A stretch of DNA of 64,000 nt from Alphaproteobacteria bacterium (GTDB lineage: Bacteria; Pseudomonadota; Alphaproteobacteria; UBA7887). The stretch lies in assembly GCA_965216755.1 (NCBI GenBank), contig CBDCGL010000011.1, positions 2,336,001 through 2,400,000 of the forward strand, in the 5' to 3' direction. The translations under genes were made by a program, and so were the position numbers. The notes beneath the pieces are model-generated. The model ran no database searches. It saw only the letters and a program-made list of their open reading frames with translations, and had not been told where the DNA came from. Below are positions 1 to 9,335 of the stretch, piece after piece (position 1 is the first letter of the stretch; every line of letters starts with the position of its first letter).

Positions 1-401
1 AGCAGATAGTGGGCGGTCAGACCTTGCAACGTGCAGGCGGCCGCCGTGTCGTTGGACACCGGGTCAGGCACACGGTTGAGACGATCGGCGGCGATCACCA
101 TCATCTCGCTATAGGCGCCCAAGGTCATACAGTGCGAGATCCGATCGCCCACCGCGAGGTCTGCCACACCCGCGCCGATGGCGTCGACCACCCCGGCGGC
201 TTCCATGCCCAGTGTCAATGGCAGGGGCGGCAAGGGATAGGCGCCCTTGCGCTGATTGACGTCAATGAAATTGAGACCGGCGGCCGTGTGCCGCAATCGC
301 ACCTCACCTGGCCCGGGATCGGCGACTTCTGCCGCCTCCCACTTCATCACTTCGGGCCCACCGGTCTCATGAATGCGTATGGCGTATGCGGTCGCTGGCA
401 T
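1..401 (-). CDS. qor: NADPH:quinone oxidoreductase (zeta-crystallin/MDR family), runs off the window edge
   Basis: Not in the ORF track. Manual reverse-strand translation from ATG at 401 gives MPATAYAIRIHETGGPEVMKWEAAEVADPGPGEVRLRHTAAGLNFIDVNQRKGAYP, a typical Qor N-terminus. Confidence 0.9.
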   Translation of the reverse strand, partial: MPATAYAIRIHETGGPEVMKWEAAEVADPGPGEVRLRHTAAGLNFIDVNQRKGAYPLPPLPLTLGMEAAGVVDAIGAGVADLAVGDRISHCMTLGAYSEMMVIAADRLNRVPDPVSNDTAAACTLQGLTAHYL

Positions 402-665
402 GCCTGCTGTCCCTTTGTGCTGACGCATTGTTTGCAGCGCCGGAGCCTAGAAAGATTGGGCTTGCGGAGCAAGCTACCGCCGCGCGCGGCTGGCTTTCGA
501 TTTTGCAATGGCAAGCAAGCCGCCGTGTTGGCCCATTGTGCCTTGGAACCGAAGCAACCGGCGGTCGATTCTGTGGCAATGCAAAAGTGTTTAGCACGAC
601 AATGAATTTGAATCGGGCGGGCCAGACAAAGTGGCGTGCAACGCGCCCAAGCATTATAAAACCCC

Positions 666-1100
666 ATGAACAGCTCACATGAAAACGAACGTACGCTCAC
701 GATCGCGCTGTTGATCTTGCGCGTCACGCTCGGCGTATTCTTGCTGGTTTGGGCGCTGGAGAAGTTTGTGCTGCCCGACCGCACGGTGGGAATCTACGCC
801 AAGTTCTATGGCATCACCATCGACACCGGGCTGTCACCGTTTATCGGTGTCGCCGAAACACTGCTCGCGCTCGCCTTGTTGTGCGGCTTGTGGCGGCGCT
901 GGAGCTATGGTTTGGCGACCCTGATCCATGCCTATTCCGTGGTCTCCACCTGGCGCGAGATCATCGACCCCTGGGGGTTGATCTTTGGCGAGGTCAAGCA
1001 TTTGTTCCTGGCTGCGGTGCCCGTGTTGGGCGGCTTCATCGCGCTCTATCTGCTGCGCCACCATGACATCTGGACCATCGATGGCTGGCGCAAGCGCTAG
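666..1100 (+). CDS. DoxX family membrane protein
   Basis: 144 aa, ~4 hydrophobic segments, LLILRVTLGVFLLVWALEKF N-terminal pattern. Confidence 0.8.
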   Translation: MNSSHENERTLTIALLILRVTLGVFLLVWALEKFVLPDRTVGIYAKFYGITIDTGLSPFIGVAETLLALALLCGLWRRWSYGLATLIHAYSVVSTWREIIDPWGLIFGEVKHLFLAAVPVLGGFIALYLLRHHDIWTIDGWRKR

Positions 1101-1106
1101 CACTTC

Positions 1107-1188
1107 GGTGACAGTTTACTAAATACACCATATCTAGATAAACGAAATGAAGCCACACTGTATATGGTATATTTAGTAAACTGTCACC
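1107..1188. repeat. Palindromic intergenic element, copy 1 (REPIN/MITE-like)
   Basis: GGTGACAGTTTACTAAATA (1107-1125) and its exact reverse complement TATTTAGTAAACTGTCACC (1170-1188); pairing extends further with one mismatch; same ends recur at 15118-15200. Confidence 0.9.
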
Positions 1189-1192
1189 AAAA

Positions 1193-2317
1193 TCAGCGGG
1201 CCGAGAACTCGTCGCGAATGGCGGCGCCGTGCTCGTCGTGGCGCGGCACCGGGCCGTAACGTTCGGTGGCGCCGGCGATGATGCTGGCCGGCGCCAACAG
1301 CTCCACCGGGCCGTTTTCCGTTTGTACGCGAATGAAACGGTTCTGCGGATGCGCGATCAAATCGTCCAAATCCGATAGCCGGCCATAGGCGATACCCGCC
1401 ACCGCCAGCAGTTCGATGTTCGCCTCTCGATCGCGCTGGGCGAAAAAGTCCGCGATCCTGCCATCGACCTGGTCACGCCGCGCCACCCGGTCATTATTGG
1501 TCGCGAAGCCATCGCGGGTCGCCAGCGACGGATCGCCCAGCACATCGGCGCAAAGCCGCCCCCATTCGCGTTCGTTTTGGATGGATATCAACAGCTGCTT
1601 ACCGTCCGCGCAGGTGAACGCACCATAGGGGGCGATCGACGGATGCTTGAGACCGTGGCGGCCCGGCGTCACCCTGCCATAGCGATGCTGTAGATAGGGC
1701 ACATTCATCCAATCGGCCATGGCGTGAAACAGCGACACGTCGATAACCCGCCCCTGGCCCGTGCGTTCGCGCACGTAAAGCCCCTGCAAAATGGCTTGAT
1801 GGGCGGTCATGCCAGCGGCGATGTCGCAAACCGAGACACCGACCCGCGCCGGCCCTTCCGGCGTGCCGTTCACGGCACACAGGCCGCTTTCCGCCTGGAT
1901 TAACAGATCATAGGCCTTTTGATTGCGCCATGGCCCACTGGTGCCATAGCCGGAAATCGAACAGATGACCAGGCGCGGCTGGCGGGCGCGCAGATCTTGG
2001 GGCGCAAAGCCGATCCGATCGATCGCCCCTGGCATGAGGTTCTGGATGAACACGTCGGCCTTGGCGAGCAAGGCGCCGAGCAGGTCGCGATCGGCGTCGG
2101 CCTTCAAATCCAGGCAAATCGACTCTTTGCCGCGATTGAGCCACACGAAATATGCACTGCCGCCGTTGACCAGGCTGTCATACCGACGGGCGAAATCGCC
2201 CTCGGTCCGTTCCACCTTGATGACGCGCGCGCCGGCATCGGCCAAGCGGCTGGACGCATATGGCGCCGCCACCGCCTGTTCAACAGTCACAACCAACAAA
2301 CCTTCGAGATCGTTCAT
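1193..2317 (-). CDS. CaiB/BaiF family III CoA-transferase
   Basis: EQAVAAPYASSRLADAGARVIKVE, LNRGKES and AYDLLIQAESG motifs; ATG at 2317 preceded by GAGAGGG. Confidence 0.92.
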   Translation of the reverse strand: MNDLEGLLVVTVEQAVAAPYASSRLADAGARVIKVERTEGDFARRYDSLVNGGSAYFVWLNRGKESICLDLKADADRDLLGALLAKADVFIQNLMPGAIDRIGFAPQDLRARQPRLVICSISGYGTSGPWRNQKAYDLLIQAESGLCAVNGTPEGPARVGVSVCDIAAGMTAHQAILQGLYVRERTGQGRVIDVSLFHAMADWMNVPYLQHRYGRVTPGRHGLKHPSIAPYGAFTCADGKQLLISIQNEREWGRLCADVLGDPSLATRDGFATNNDRVARRDQVDGRIADFFAQRDREANIELLAVAGIAYGRLSDLDDLIAHPQNRFIRVQTENGPVELLAPASIIAGATERYGPVPRHDEHGAAIRDEFSAR

Positions 2318-2586
2318 GGCGTTCCCTCTCGCGACATCCGCTGCCTTGACCGGCAACAACGTTCGCCCATAACTTGCCGCGTTGTCTCGCCAATGTCATC
2401 GGAAGCAAGCCGTGCGGGCGCTGGGGCGCCGATGGCTGGATAGGCGCGGCCCGAAGCCCGATGCCGGCCAAATGTGGCCGGGCTGCGGATGGCCCGGTCG
2501 CGCCCATCGACGCGTTCGGGCAAATCTGAACCTTGGACGCGCGCGCCAACGCAACTCGGCGTAACACATGGTTTTGGGAGGATTTC

Positions 2587-3887
2587 ATGAAACGAGTTTT
2601 GGCCGTGGCAATGGCCGTGACCAGCTTGGTGTTGTTCGCGTCCCAGCCGACGCCCGCGGCGGAGACGCCGGCGGAACTCAAGATCGGCATTACCGCGTTT
2701 TTGTCCGGCCCGGCCTCGGTGTTCGGCGAGCCCGCCAAAGCCGCCGCCGATATGATAGTTGCCGCGATGAACGAAGCGGGCGGCATCGGTGGCGTGCCGA
2801 TACGGACCTATTTTGTCGACGAAGGCGCCGGCGGCGAGGCGGTGCTGTCCGAGTATCGGCGGCTGGTGCAAGACGTCGAAGTCGATGCCATGTTTGCTTC
2901 GATCTCGTCGGGCAATTGCAACAAGGTCGCTCCGCTTGCCGAAGATCTGAAAGTGCTCAACATCATGTGGGACTGCGGCACCCAGCGGATCTTTGAAGAA
3001 AACAGCTACCGTTATGTGTTTCGCACCCAAGCCAATGCGACACCGGAAATGCTGTCGACGGTTCTTTATCTTCTCAAGACCAAGCCCGACTTCAGAACCA
3101 TCGCGGTGCTCAATCAAGACTATGCCTAGGGGCGCGATAGCTGGGCGATTTTTTCGACCGCCCTCAAGGCACTGAAGCCGATATTGAGGTGGTCGCCGAG
3201 TTTTTTCCCAAGTTCGGCGCGCCCGACTATTCCACGGAAATCTCGCGCCTGCAGGCGATGCGGCCGGACGTGATCTTATCGACCTCGTGGGGCGGCGACT
3301 TGGACACATTTGTCCGCCAGGCCTCGCAACGCGGTCTGACCCGCACCTCAACCTTGGTGTTGCCATTGGCTGAAAGCTCGCTCGAGCGCATGGGCGCCGC
3401 GCTGCCACCGGGGCATATCGTCGGCGCCCGCGGCGATCACTATTTTCTGCATCCGGAGAAAAAGGATGATCCGGCTTTCGCCACTTTTGTCGAAATGTTT
3501 CGGTCGAAGACCGGCGCCTATCCAATCTATCCGGTCTTCCATATGAGCCAGGCCTTGAACGCGCTCAAGGCGGCGTTCGAAAAGGCGATCGCCGACAACA
3601 ACGGCGATTGGCCCGACCGCGAACAAGTCGTCGATGCCATGGCCGGGCTGTCTTTTGCCGGGCTGGGCCGCCCTGTACACGTCCGCGAAGACGGCCAGGG
3701 CGTCGAGGATCAGTTGCTCGGCACAACGGTCATGGCTGACGGCTACGACTTCGCCGTGCTCGACAATATGATGATTTTCGACGGTGCCCAGATCACCACG
3801 CCCGTCGGCGCGGTTTCGATCGATTGGTTGTCGAACCTGCGGCCGGACATGATCGAAAGCTTCCAAGCGGATCACTTTTCGCGCTAA
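2587..3887 (+). pseudogene. LivJ/LivK-type ABC substrate-binding protein, disrupted by an in-frame TAG and a 1-nt frameshift
   Basis: Signal peptide and GGAGGA RBS; reading continues QDYA*GRDSWAIFSTALKALKP (TAG 3127-3129 where Trp is expected), then needs a frame change at ~3180 to give DIEVVAEFFPKFGAPDYSTEIS (ORF 3189-3887). Confidence 0.85.
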
Positions 3888-3953
3888 CCAATTGACCGTG
3901 CGGCCGATTGCGGCCGCGCCCACATTGCAAAGGCTCGACGCGGCAAAACCAAT

Positions 3954-4859
3954 ATGAATAGCCAACTTCTGGCGCTCGCGATTTTCGACGGCATCGCTTA
4001 TGCGGCGCTCGTTTTCGTGGTTGCGGTCGGCCTGACACTCATTTTCGGCGTGTTGCGGATTCTGAACGTCGCGCACGGCTCGTTTTATGCCATCGGCGCC
4101 TACGTCGTGGCGTCGGCGGGCGGCTCCATCTTCGCCGCGGGTTTCTCGCCGTGGCTTGCCTTCCCGCTATTTTTTGTCGCCGCCGCGCTGATCGGTATTG
4201 TTCTGGGTGGTCTGATTGAACGACTGCTGTTGCGCCGGATCTACGCCAAGGAAGAGGCGTTGCAGCTGCTGGTGACGTTCGCGGTATTTATGATCTTGGA
4301 AGACGTGCAGCGACTGGTGTGGGGCGTGCAACCCTATTTCGAGGCGACCGCCCTGCAACAGCTCGGCAATCTTGAGGTGTTCGGGGTCTTTTACACGAAG
4401 TATCAGCTGTTGTTGTTGCCAGCATTCGCCATCGTTGTCCTGGTCAGCCTACGTCTGTTTTTGCGCCGAACATTGTCTGGCAAACTGATTTTGGCGGTCA
4501 CCGAAGACCGTGAAGCCGCGATCGCGATCGGCATCGATGCCGACAAGGTCTATCTGCTGACCTTCATCCTTGGCGCGGCCCTGGCCGCGCTCGGCGGGGC
4601 CTTGGCGTCGGCGACCACCTCGGTCGTGCCCGGCATGGGCGCGGACATGATCGTTTTATCATTCGCGGTTGTCGCGACCGCCGGCCTCGGCCAGATCGAA
4701 GGCGCGGCGGTGGCCGCTCTGCTGATCGGTCTCGGCCGCAGCCTCGCCGTCTATATGATGCCAGAGCTGGAAGTCCTGGTGCCGTATCTGATCATGCTGA
4801 TCGTTCTATTGGTCCGTCCACAGGGCCTGTTCGGCGTGGCCTCGCACCGGAAGATCTAG
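3954..4859 (+). CDS. Branched-chain amino acid ABC permease (LivH-like)
   Basis: GLTLIFGVLRILNVAHGSFYAIGAY and RPQGLFG motifs. Confidence 0.92.
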   Translation: MNSQLLALAIFDGIAYAALVFVVAVGLTLIFGVLRILNVAHGSFYAIGAYVVASAGGSIFAAGFSPWLAFPLFFVAAALIGIVLGGLIERLLLRRIYAKEEALQLLVTFAVFMILEDVQRLVWGVQPYFEATALQQLGNLEVFGVFYTKYQLLLLPAFAIVVLVSLRLFLRRTLSGKLILAVTEDREAAIAIGIDADKVYLLTFILGAALAALGGALASATTSVVPGMGADMIVLSFAVVATAGLGQIEGAAVAALLIGLGRSLAVYMMPELEVLVPYLIMLIVLLVRPQGLFGVASHRKI

Positions 4860-4863
4860 CGCC

Positions 4864-5838
4864 GTGCCGAAACCTTCGCTACGCATCGTCGTGCCGCTGA
4901 TCCTGCTGTCTTTGGTTGCCGGTCTGCCGATCGCCGCGCCATGGCTGCAAGTTGTTTTTACATTGGCCTTGGCTAAAGGGATTGCCGTGCTCGGCATTAT
5001 CGTCCTGCTGCGCGCCGGCCAGGTGTCGTTCGGCCATGCCCTCTATTTCGCCGTGGCGGCGTATGTCGCCGCGTTTCTGGGCCAAACGTTCTCGGGCGGC
5101 GAACTCATCTCAATGATCGGTCTTGGTGTTGCGGTGGCGTTGCTGGTCGGCGTGGCCGTCGGGCTGTTTGTGGTCCGCTATCGCGGCATTTTTTTCGGCA
5201 TGCTGAATCTTGCCTTTTCGATGATCTTCTTCTCGATCTTGGAGAAATTCTACCATGTCACTGGTGGCTCGGACGGCCTTCAGGTCGCCCGGCCGTCGGT
5301 GCTGGGCGCCAGCGTCGGGCGTGACGGGTTCGAGGCGCTGCTATTTTATGGTACACTGATCATTTGTGTACTGGTGGCATGGGGCGTTCATCGGTTTTTG
5401 GGTTCGCCGATCGGCCACATGATGGCCACCGTCAAGACCAACGAAACGCGGCTTGAGTATCTTGGTGTTTCGGCGCGCCGCACGCTGTTGGTTGGTTATG
5501 TCCTGTCGGCGGGTCTGTGCGGCCTTGGCGGCGTACTCATGGCGGTGGCGCAAGGTATCGTGACACCCGAATATGCGTGGTGGATCCGCTCTGGCGAATT
5601 GGTGTTTATCGCCATCCTCGGCGGCGCGGGGTCGGTGACGGGCGCGTTTGTCGGTGCCTTGGTTTATGAGTTGGTGCGCACGTTCGCCGCCGCCTTCGCG
5701 GCCGATGTCTGGCAAATGATCCTGGGTTTGTTTTTGCTCGGTATCATTCTCTATGCCTCGCGCGGCCTGGTCGGCTTCTACGACGACATCTTGACGCGTC
5801 TATCGAAGGCGCCTGTTGGTGCGGAGCCCGCCGAATGA
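4864..5838 (+). CDS. Branched-chain amino acid ABC permease (LivM-like)
   Basis: GQVSFGHALYF, TGGSDGL and ILGGAGS motifs. Confidence 0.92.
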   Translation: MPKPSLRIVVPLILLSLVAGLPIAAPWLQVVFTLALAKGIAVLGIIVLLRAGQVSFGHALYFAVAAYVAAFLGQTFSGGELISMIGLGVAVALLVGVAVGLFVVRYRGIFFGMLNLAFSMIFFSILEKFYHVTGGSDGLQVARPSVLGASVGRDGFEALLFYGTLIICVLVAWGVHRFLGSPIGHMMATVKTNETRLEYLGVSARRTLLVGYVLSAGLCGLGGVLMAVAQGIVTPEYAWWIRSGELVFIAILGGAGSVTGAFVGALVYELVRTFAAAFAADVWQMILGLFLLGIILYASRGLVGFYDDILTRLSKAPVGAEPAE

Positions 5839-6587
5839 CCGGCGCCGCGCTTTTGGAAGCCACGGGGTTGGAAATCCGGTTCGGCGGCGTGGTGGCGGCG
5901 GATGGGGTCGAATTGCAGATCCATGACGGTCGCAATATGGCCATCATCGGGCCGAACGGCGCCGGCAAAACGACGTTTCTCAATATCTGCACCGGTTATC
6001 TGAAGCCGCAAGCTGGGCGCGTGTATTTCGGCGGCCGCGATATCACGGCGTTGTCACCGCGCCAAATCACACGCGCCGGCGTCGCGCGCGCCTTTCAGAT
6101 CCCGCAATTGTTCGCCGAACACACGGCGTTTGAAAATCTGCTGATCGCCGCCGCGGCCCGCGACAAACGTTGGGCGCCATTTGTGAAACTGAGCGATATC
6201 CCCGAGCGGGGCGAAATGGTGCATCTGCTGGACGTGGTCAATTGTGCGGACGCGGCGGCGCGACCCGTCAACACCTTGCCCGAGGGCCAACGCAAATTGA
6301 TCGATATCGCCGTGGCGCTGGCGCTGAAACCAAAACTTCTGCTTTTGGATGAACCGACATCCGGCGTGGCATCGGCCGAGAAATTCGGCGTCATGGACAT
6401 TCTGACGGCCGCCCTTGCCGAAGCCAAGGTGACATGCGTGTTCGTAGAGCACGATATGGGGATCGTTGAAAAATATGCCGACGAAGTCGCTGTATGGTCG
6501 AACGGCACGATCCCACTACGCGGCGCGCCGGCCGAGATACTGGAGCATCCCGACGTCATCAAAGACGTGATTGGCGAGGAAATCTGA
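5835..6587 (+). CDS. ABC ATP-binding protein (LivG-like)
   Basis: Walker A GPNGAGKTT, LLLLDEPTSG, VEHD. Confidence 0.93.
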   Translation: MTGAALLEATGLEIRFGGVVAADGVELQIHDGRNMAIIGPNGAGKTTFLNICTGYLKPQAGRVYFGGRDITALSPRQITRAGVARAFQIPQLFAEHTAFENLLIAAAARDKRWAPFVKLSDIPERGEMVHLLDVVNCADAAARPVNTLPEGQRKLIDIAVALALKPKLLLLDEPTSGVASAEKFGVMDILTAALAEAKVTCVFVEHDMGIVEKYADEVAVWSNGTIPLRGAPAEILEHPDVIKDVIGEEI

Positions 6588-7276
6588 TGCTGGGCTTTGC
6601 CGACGTCGATGTATCCATCGCCAAAGTGCACATCTTGCGCGATGTCAGTTTCACCATTGCCCCGGCCGAAACCGTGGCGCTGATCGGCCGCAATGGCGCC
6701 GGCAAAACGACGACGCTGCGCTCGGTCATGGGATTCACGGCGGTAACCGGCAGAATCACAATTGCCGGCAAAGACATTGCGGCGTTCGCGCCAGCCAAAC
6801 GCCCCGGTCTGGGCATCGGCTACGCCCCGGAAGACCGCCGGTTATTTTCCGCGTTCTCGGTCGAGGAAAACATCACCATGCCGGGCCAAGTGGCCGGGTA
6901 CTCGCGGCCACATTTGCGCGACCGACTCGACCGCGTGTACCACATCTTGCCCGAATTGAAGCAGCTGGCGCCGCGGCCGGCCGGGGCGGTATCCGGCGGC
7001 CAAAGCAAAATGGTCGCGCTTGGCCGCGCTTTGATGATTGGCACGCGTCTGATCATGCTCGACGAGCCATTCCAGGGCCTCGCCCCGGCGCTTGCCCGAC
7101 GCTACGCGGACGCGCTGGCGAGCTTGCGTGACGAGGATCGCCAGGTGACCTTATTGGTCTCCGAATCGAACCCGCGTTTGTTGCGCAAGCTCGCCGACCG
7201 ATTGCTGGTGATCGAGCGCGGCGAAGTGCGCGAGAGCACACTCGAATCAACGACCGCTTCGACAGATACCGGATAG
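6587..7276 (+). CDS. ABC ATP-binding protein (LivF-like)
   Basis: GRNGAGKTT, SGGQ, MLDEPFQGLAP; ATG overlaps the upstream TGA. Confidence 0.92.
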   Translation: MLGFADVDVSIAKVHILRDVSFTIAPAETVALIGRNGAGKTTTLRSVMGFTAVTGRITIAGKDIAAFAPAKRPGLGIGYAPEDRRLFSAFSVEENITMPGQVAGYSRPHLRDRLDRVYHILPELKQLAPRPAGAVSGGQSKMVALGRALMIGTRLIMLDEPFQGLAPALARRYADALASLRDEDRQVTLLVSESNPRLLRKLADRLLVIERGEVRESTLESTTASTDTG

Positions 7277-7282
7277 ACGAGC

Positions 7283-8029
7283 CTACGTGTCGCGCCGCGC
7301 GACGATCAGGAACTCCACATTTCCTTCCGGGCCGGTGATCGGGCTTTGCGTGATGCCCACGACCGACCAGCCCGGCTGCGCGTCAACCCATTCGCGAATT
7401 TCCCCACAAACGCGCTCATGAACCGCGGGATCGCGGACCACGCCGCGCTTGCCGACCTCGCCCCGTCCCGCCTCGAATTGCGGCTTGATCAAAGCGCACA
7501 AGATCGCGCCGCCCCGGGTCAGGGCCAGTGCCGCCGGCAAAACCTTGGTCAGGCTGATGAAGCTTGCATCACACGTCACCAGTGCGATGTCTTCGGGTAC
7601 CTGCGCGCGCGTCAAATAGCGGGCATTGGTGGCCTCCAACACAACCACGGCAGGATCGTTGCGCAGCCGCCAGTCCAACTGGCCACGGCCGACGTCGACG
7701 GCATAGACCCGCGCCGCGCCGCGATGACGCAGGACATCGGTAAACCCCCCGGTTGACGCGCCAATATCCAGGCATATCAATCCCGTCGGATCTATGTCGA
7801 AGGTCGTCAACGCGTGGGCGAGTTTCAGACCGCCACGCGAGACCCAGGCATGGTCAGGGCGCTGCACGTCCAGCGCCGCGTCAAGCGCCGCCAATTGGCC
7901 GGGTTTGTCGATCCGGCGCTCACCGGCGAAGACCTTACCGGCCATTATCAATGCCTGGGCCTGGGCACGGCTTTCCGCCAGGCCACGTTCAACCAACAAA
8001 ACGTCGATGCGTGCTTTGCCTTTAGCCAC
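7283..8029 (-). CDS. tlyA: TlyA family rRNA 2'-O-methyltransferase
   Basis: S4-like N-terminus, VSRGGLKL, DIGASTGGFTD, LIKPQFE, GPEGNVEF. Confidence 0.95.
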   Translation of the reverse strand: MAKGKARIDVLLVERGLAESRAQAQALIMAGKVFAGERRIDKPGQLAALDAALDVQRPDHAWVSRGGLKLAHALTTFDIDPTGLICLDIGASTGGFTDVLRHRGAARVYAVDVGRGQLDWRLRNDPAVVVLEATNARYLTRAQVPEDIALVTCDASFISLTKVLPAALALTRGGAILCALIKPQFEAGRGEVGKRGVVRDPAVHERVCGEIREWVDAQPGWSVVGITQSPITGPEGNVEFLIVARRDT

Positions 8030-8034
8030 AACCT

Positions 8035-8922
8035 TTAGTGATTGCGCGTGACGACGAAATCGGCGACCGCGCGCAAACCATCTGCGGCATCACCAAATAC
8101 AGCCAGGTCGCCGATCGCCTCATCGACCAATCGGCGTGCCTTGGACCGCGCCTGTCCCACGCCAAGCAACGACACAAAGGTCGCCTTGCCGGCGGCCGCG
8201 TCCTTGCCCACCCCCTTGCCGACCGCGGTCGCCTCGCCTTCGACATCGAGCAAATCGTCGGCGATTTGGAACGCCAGTCCCAAGCGTCGCGCATAGGACA
8301 ACAGAGCCGCCATCGCGGTGTCCGACGCGCCTCCTAAAACAGCCCCGGCCTGCGCAGAAAACGCGATCAAGGCACCGGTTTTTAGTGCCTGCAACTCAGT
8401 GATTTGGTCCAGGCTTAGAGTCTGGTTCTCAGCCGCCAGGTCGATCACCTGGCCGCCGACCATGCCGGCCATGCCGGCCGCCGACGCCAAGCCGGAAACC
8501 AAAGTACACCGCACCGTCGGATCAGGATGGGTCTCGGACTCCGCCAGCACTTCGAAGGCCCGCGTCAACAAAGCGTCGCCGACCAAGATCGCTGTCGCTT
8601 CGTCGTAGGCGATGTGGGTGGTCGGCCGGCCGCGCCGCATATCATCGTCATCCATCGCCGGCAGATCATCATGGACCAGCGAGTAGCAATGAATCATTTC
8701 CACCGCCGCCGCCGTGCGCACCGCGTGGTCCGGCGCGACATTGAACAGCCGCGCGCTTTCCATGACCAGGAATGGGCGCAACCGCTTGCCACCGCCGAGA
8801 AGCACATAGCGCATGGCGTCGTGCAGACGAGCGAGCGCGCCGTCACGCCCAGGCACCAACGCGGCCAGTGTTGCGTCCACGTCTGACGCGGCACGGGCCA
8901 TAGCATCGGCGAAGTCGGTCAA
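8035..8922 (-). CDS. ispA: Farnesyl diphosphate synthase
   Basis: GGKRLRP, SLVHDDLPAMDDDDMRRG, FQIADDLLD. Confidence 0.95.
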   Translation of the reverse strand: MTDFADAMARAASDVDATLAALVPGRDGALARLHDAMRYVLLGGGKRLRPFLVMESARLFNVAPDHAVRTAAAVEMIHCYSLVHDDLPAMDDDDMRRGRPTTHIAYDEATAILVGDALLTRAFEVLAESETHPDPTVRCTLVSGLASAAGMAGMVGGQVIDLAAENQTLSLDQITELQALKTGALIAFSAQAGAVLGGASDTAMAALLSYARRLGLAFQIADDLLDVEGEATAVGKGVGKDAAAGKATFVSLLGVGQARSKARRLVDEAIGDLAVFGDAADGLRAVADFVVTRNH

Positions 8923-9188
8923 AACGGGATCTCGTCCTTGTCGGCGTCGGTCGTCTCCGCCGTCGGCGCGCCATCGGCGCCGAGCTTGATCTTGCTGACT
9001 TTCTCTTGGGCTTGGGCGAGCTTGCTCTCACAATGTTGCTTCAGTGCGGCACCGCGCTCATAGGCCGCGATCGCATCATCCAGGCTGACCTTGCCATCTT
9101 CCAGTTGGCGCACGATCGATTCGAGCTCTTCCAGCGCGGCTTCAAAGCTCATTTTGGATATGTCCGTCGACGAATGCCGTTTGGCCAT
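8919..9188 (-). CDS. xseB: Exodeoxyribonuclease VII small subunit
   Basis: SFEAALEELESIVRQLEDGKVSLDDAIAAYERG; lies upstream of ispA. Confidence 0.95.
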   Translation of the reverse strand: MAKRHSSTDISKMSFEAALEELESIVRQLEDGKVSLDDAIAAYERGAALKQHCESKLAQAQEKVSKIKLGADGAPTAETTDADKDEIPF

Positions 9189-9335
9189 GGTGACTATGCC
9201 CTCCCCGATCCGGATCTTACGAAGACCGCTCCAACCGGACAAGCACGGCCAGCCAAAAGCCCGCGGTTAAGGAACTGGTAAAGCTCAACGGCCTATAAGC
9301 AGGTTTGATCGCCTTCTCGGCCCTAGAGAACAGCC

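Noticed and set aside
9-605. 198-aa + strand ORF
   Set aside because: Antisense shadow of the qor gene on the - strand.
1107-1188. Ordinary bidirectional terminator
   Set aside because: The stem is long and AT-rich with a large loop, and identical arms recur inside an operon at 15118-15200; a secondary terminator role is not excluded.
3127-3129. Amber readthrough or pyrrolysine recoding
   Set aside because: The position corresponds to an expected Trp, a frameshift follows ~50 nt later, many genes here end in TAG, and no pyl genes are seen.
2314-3525. Long antisense ORFs (e.g. 403 aa here, 37925-38845, 60524-61483)
   Set aside because: Typical of GC-rich DNA opposite well-supported genes; no recognisable motifs.
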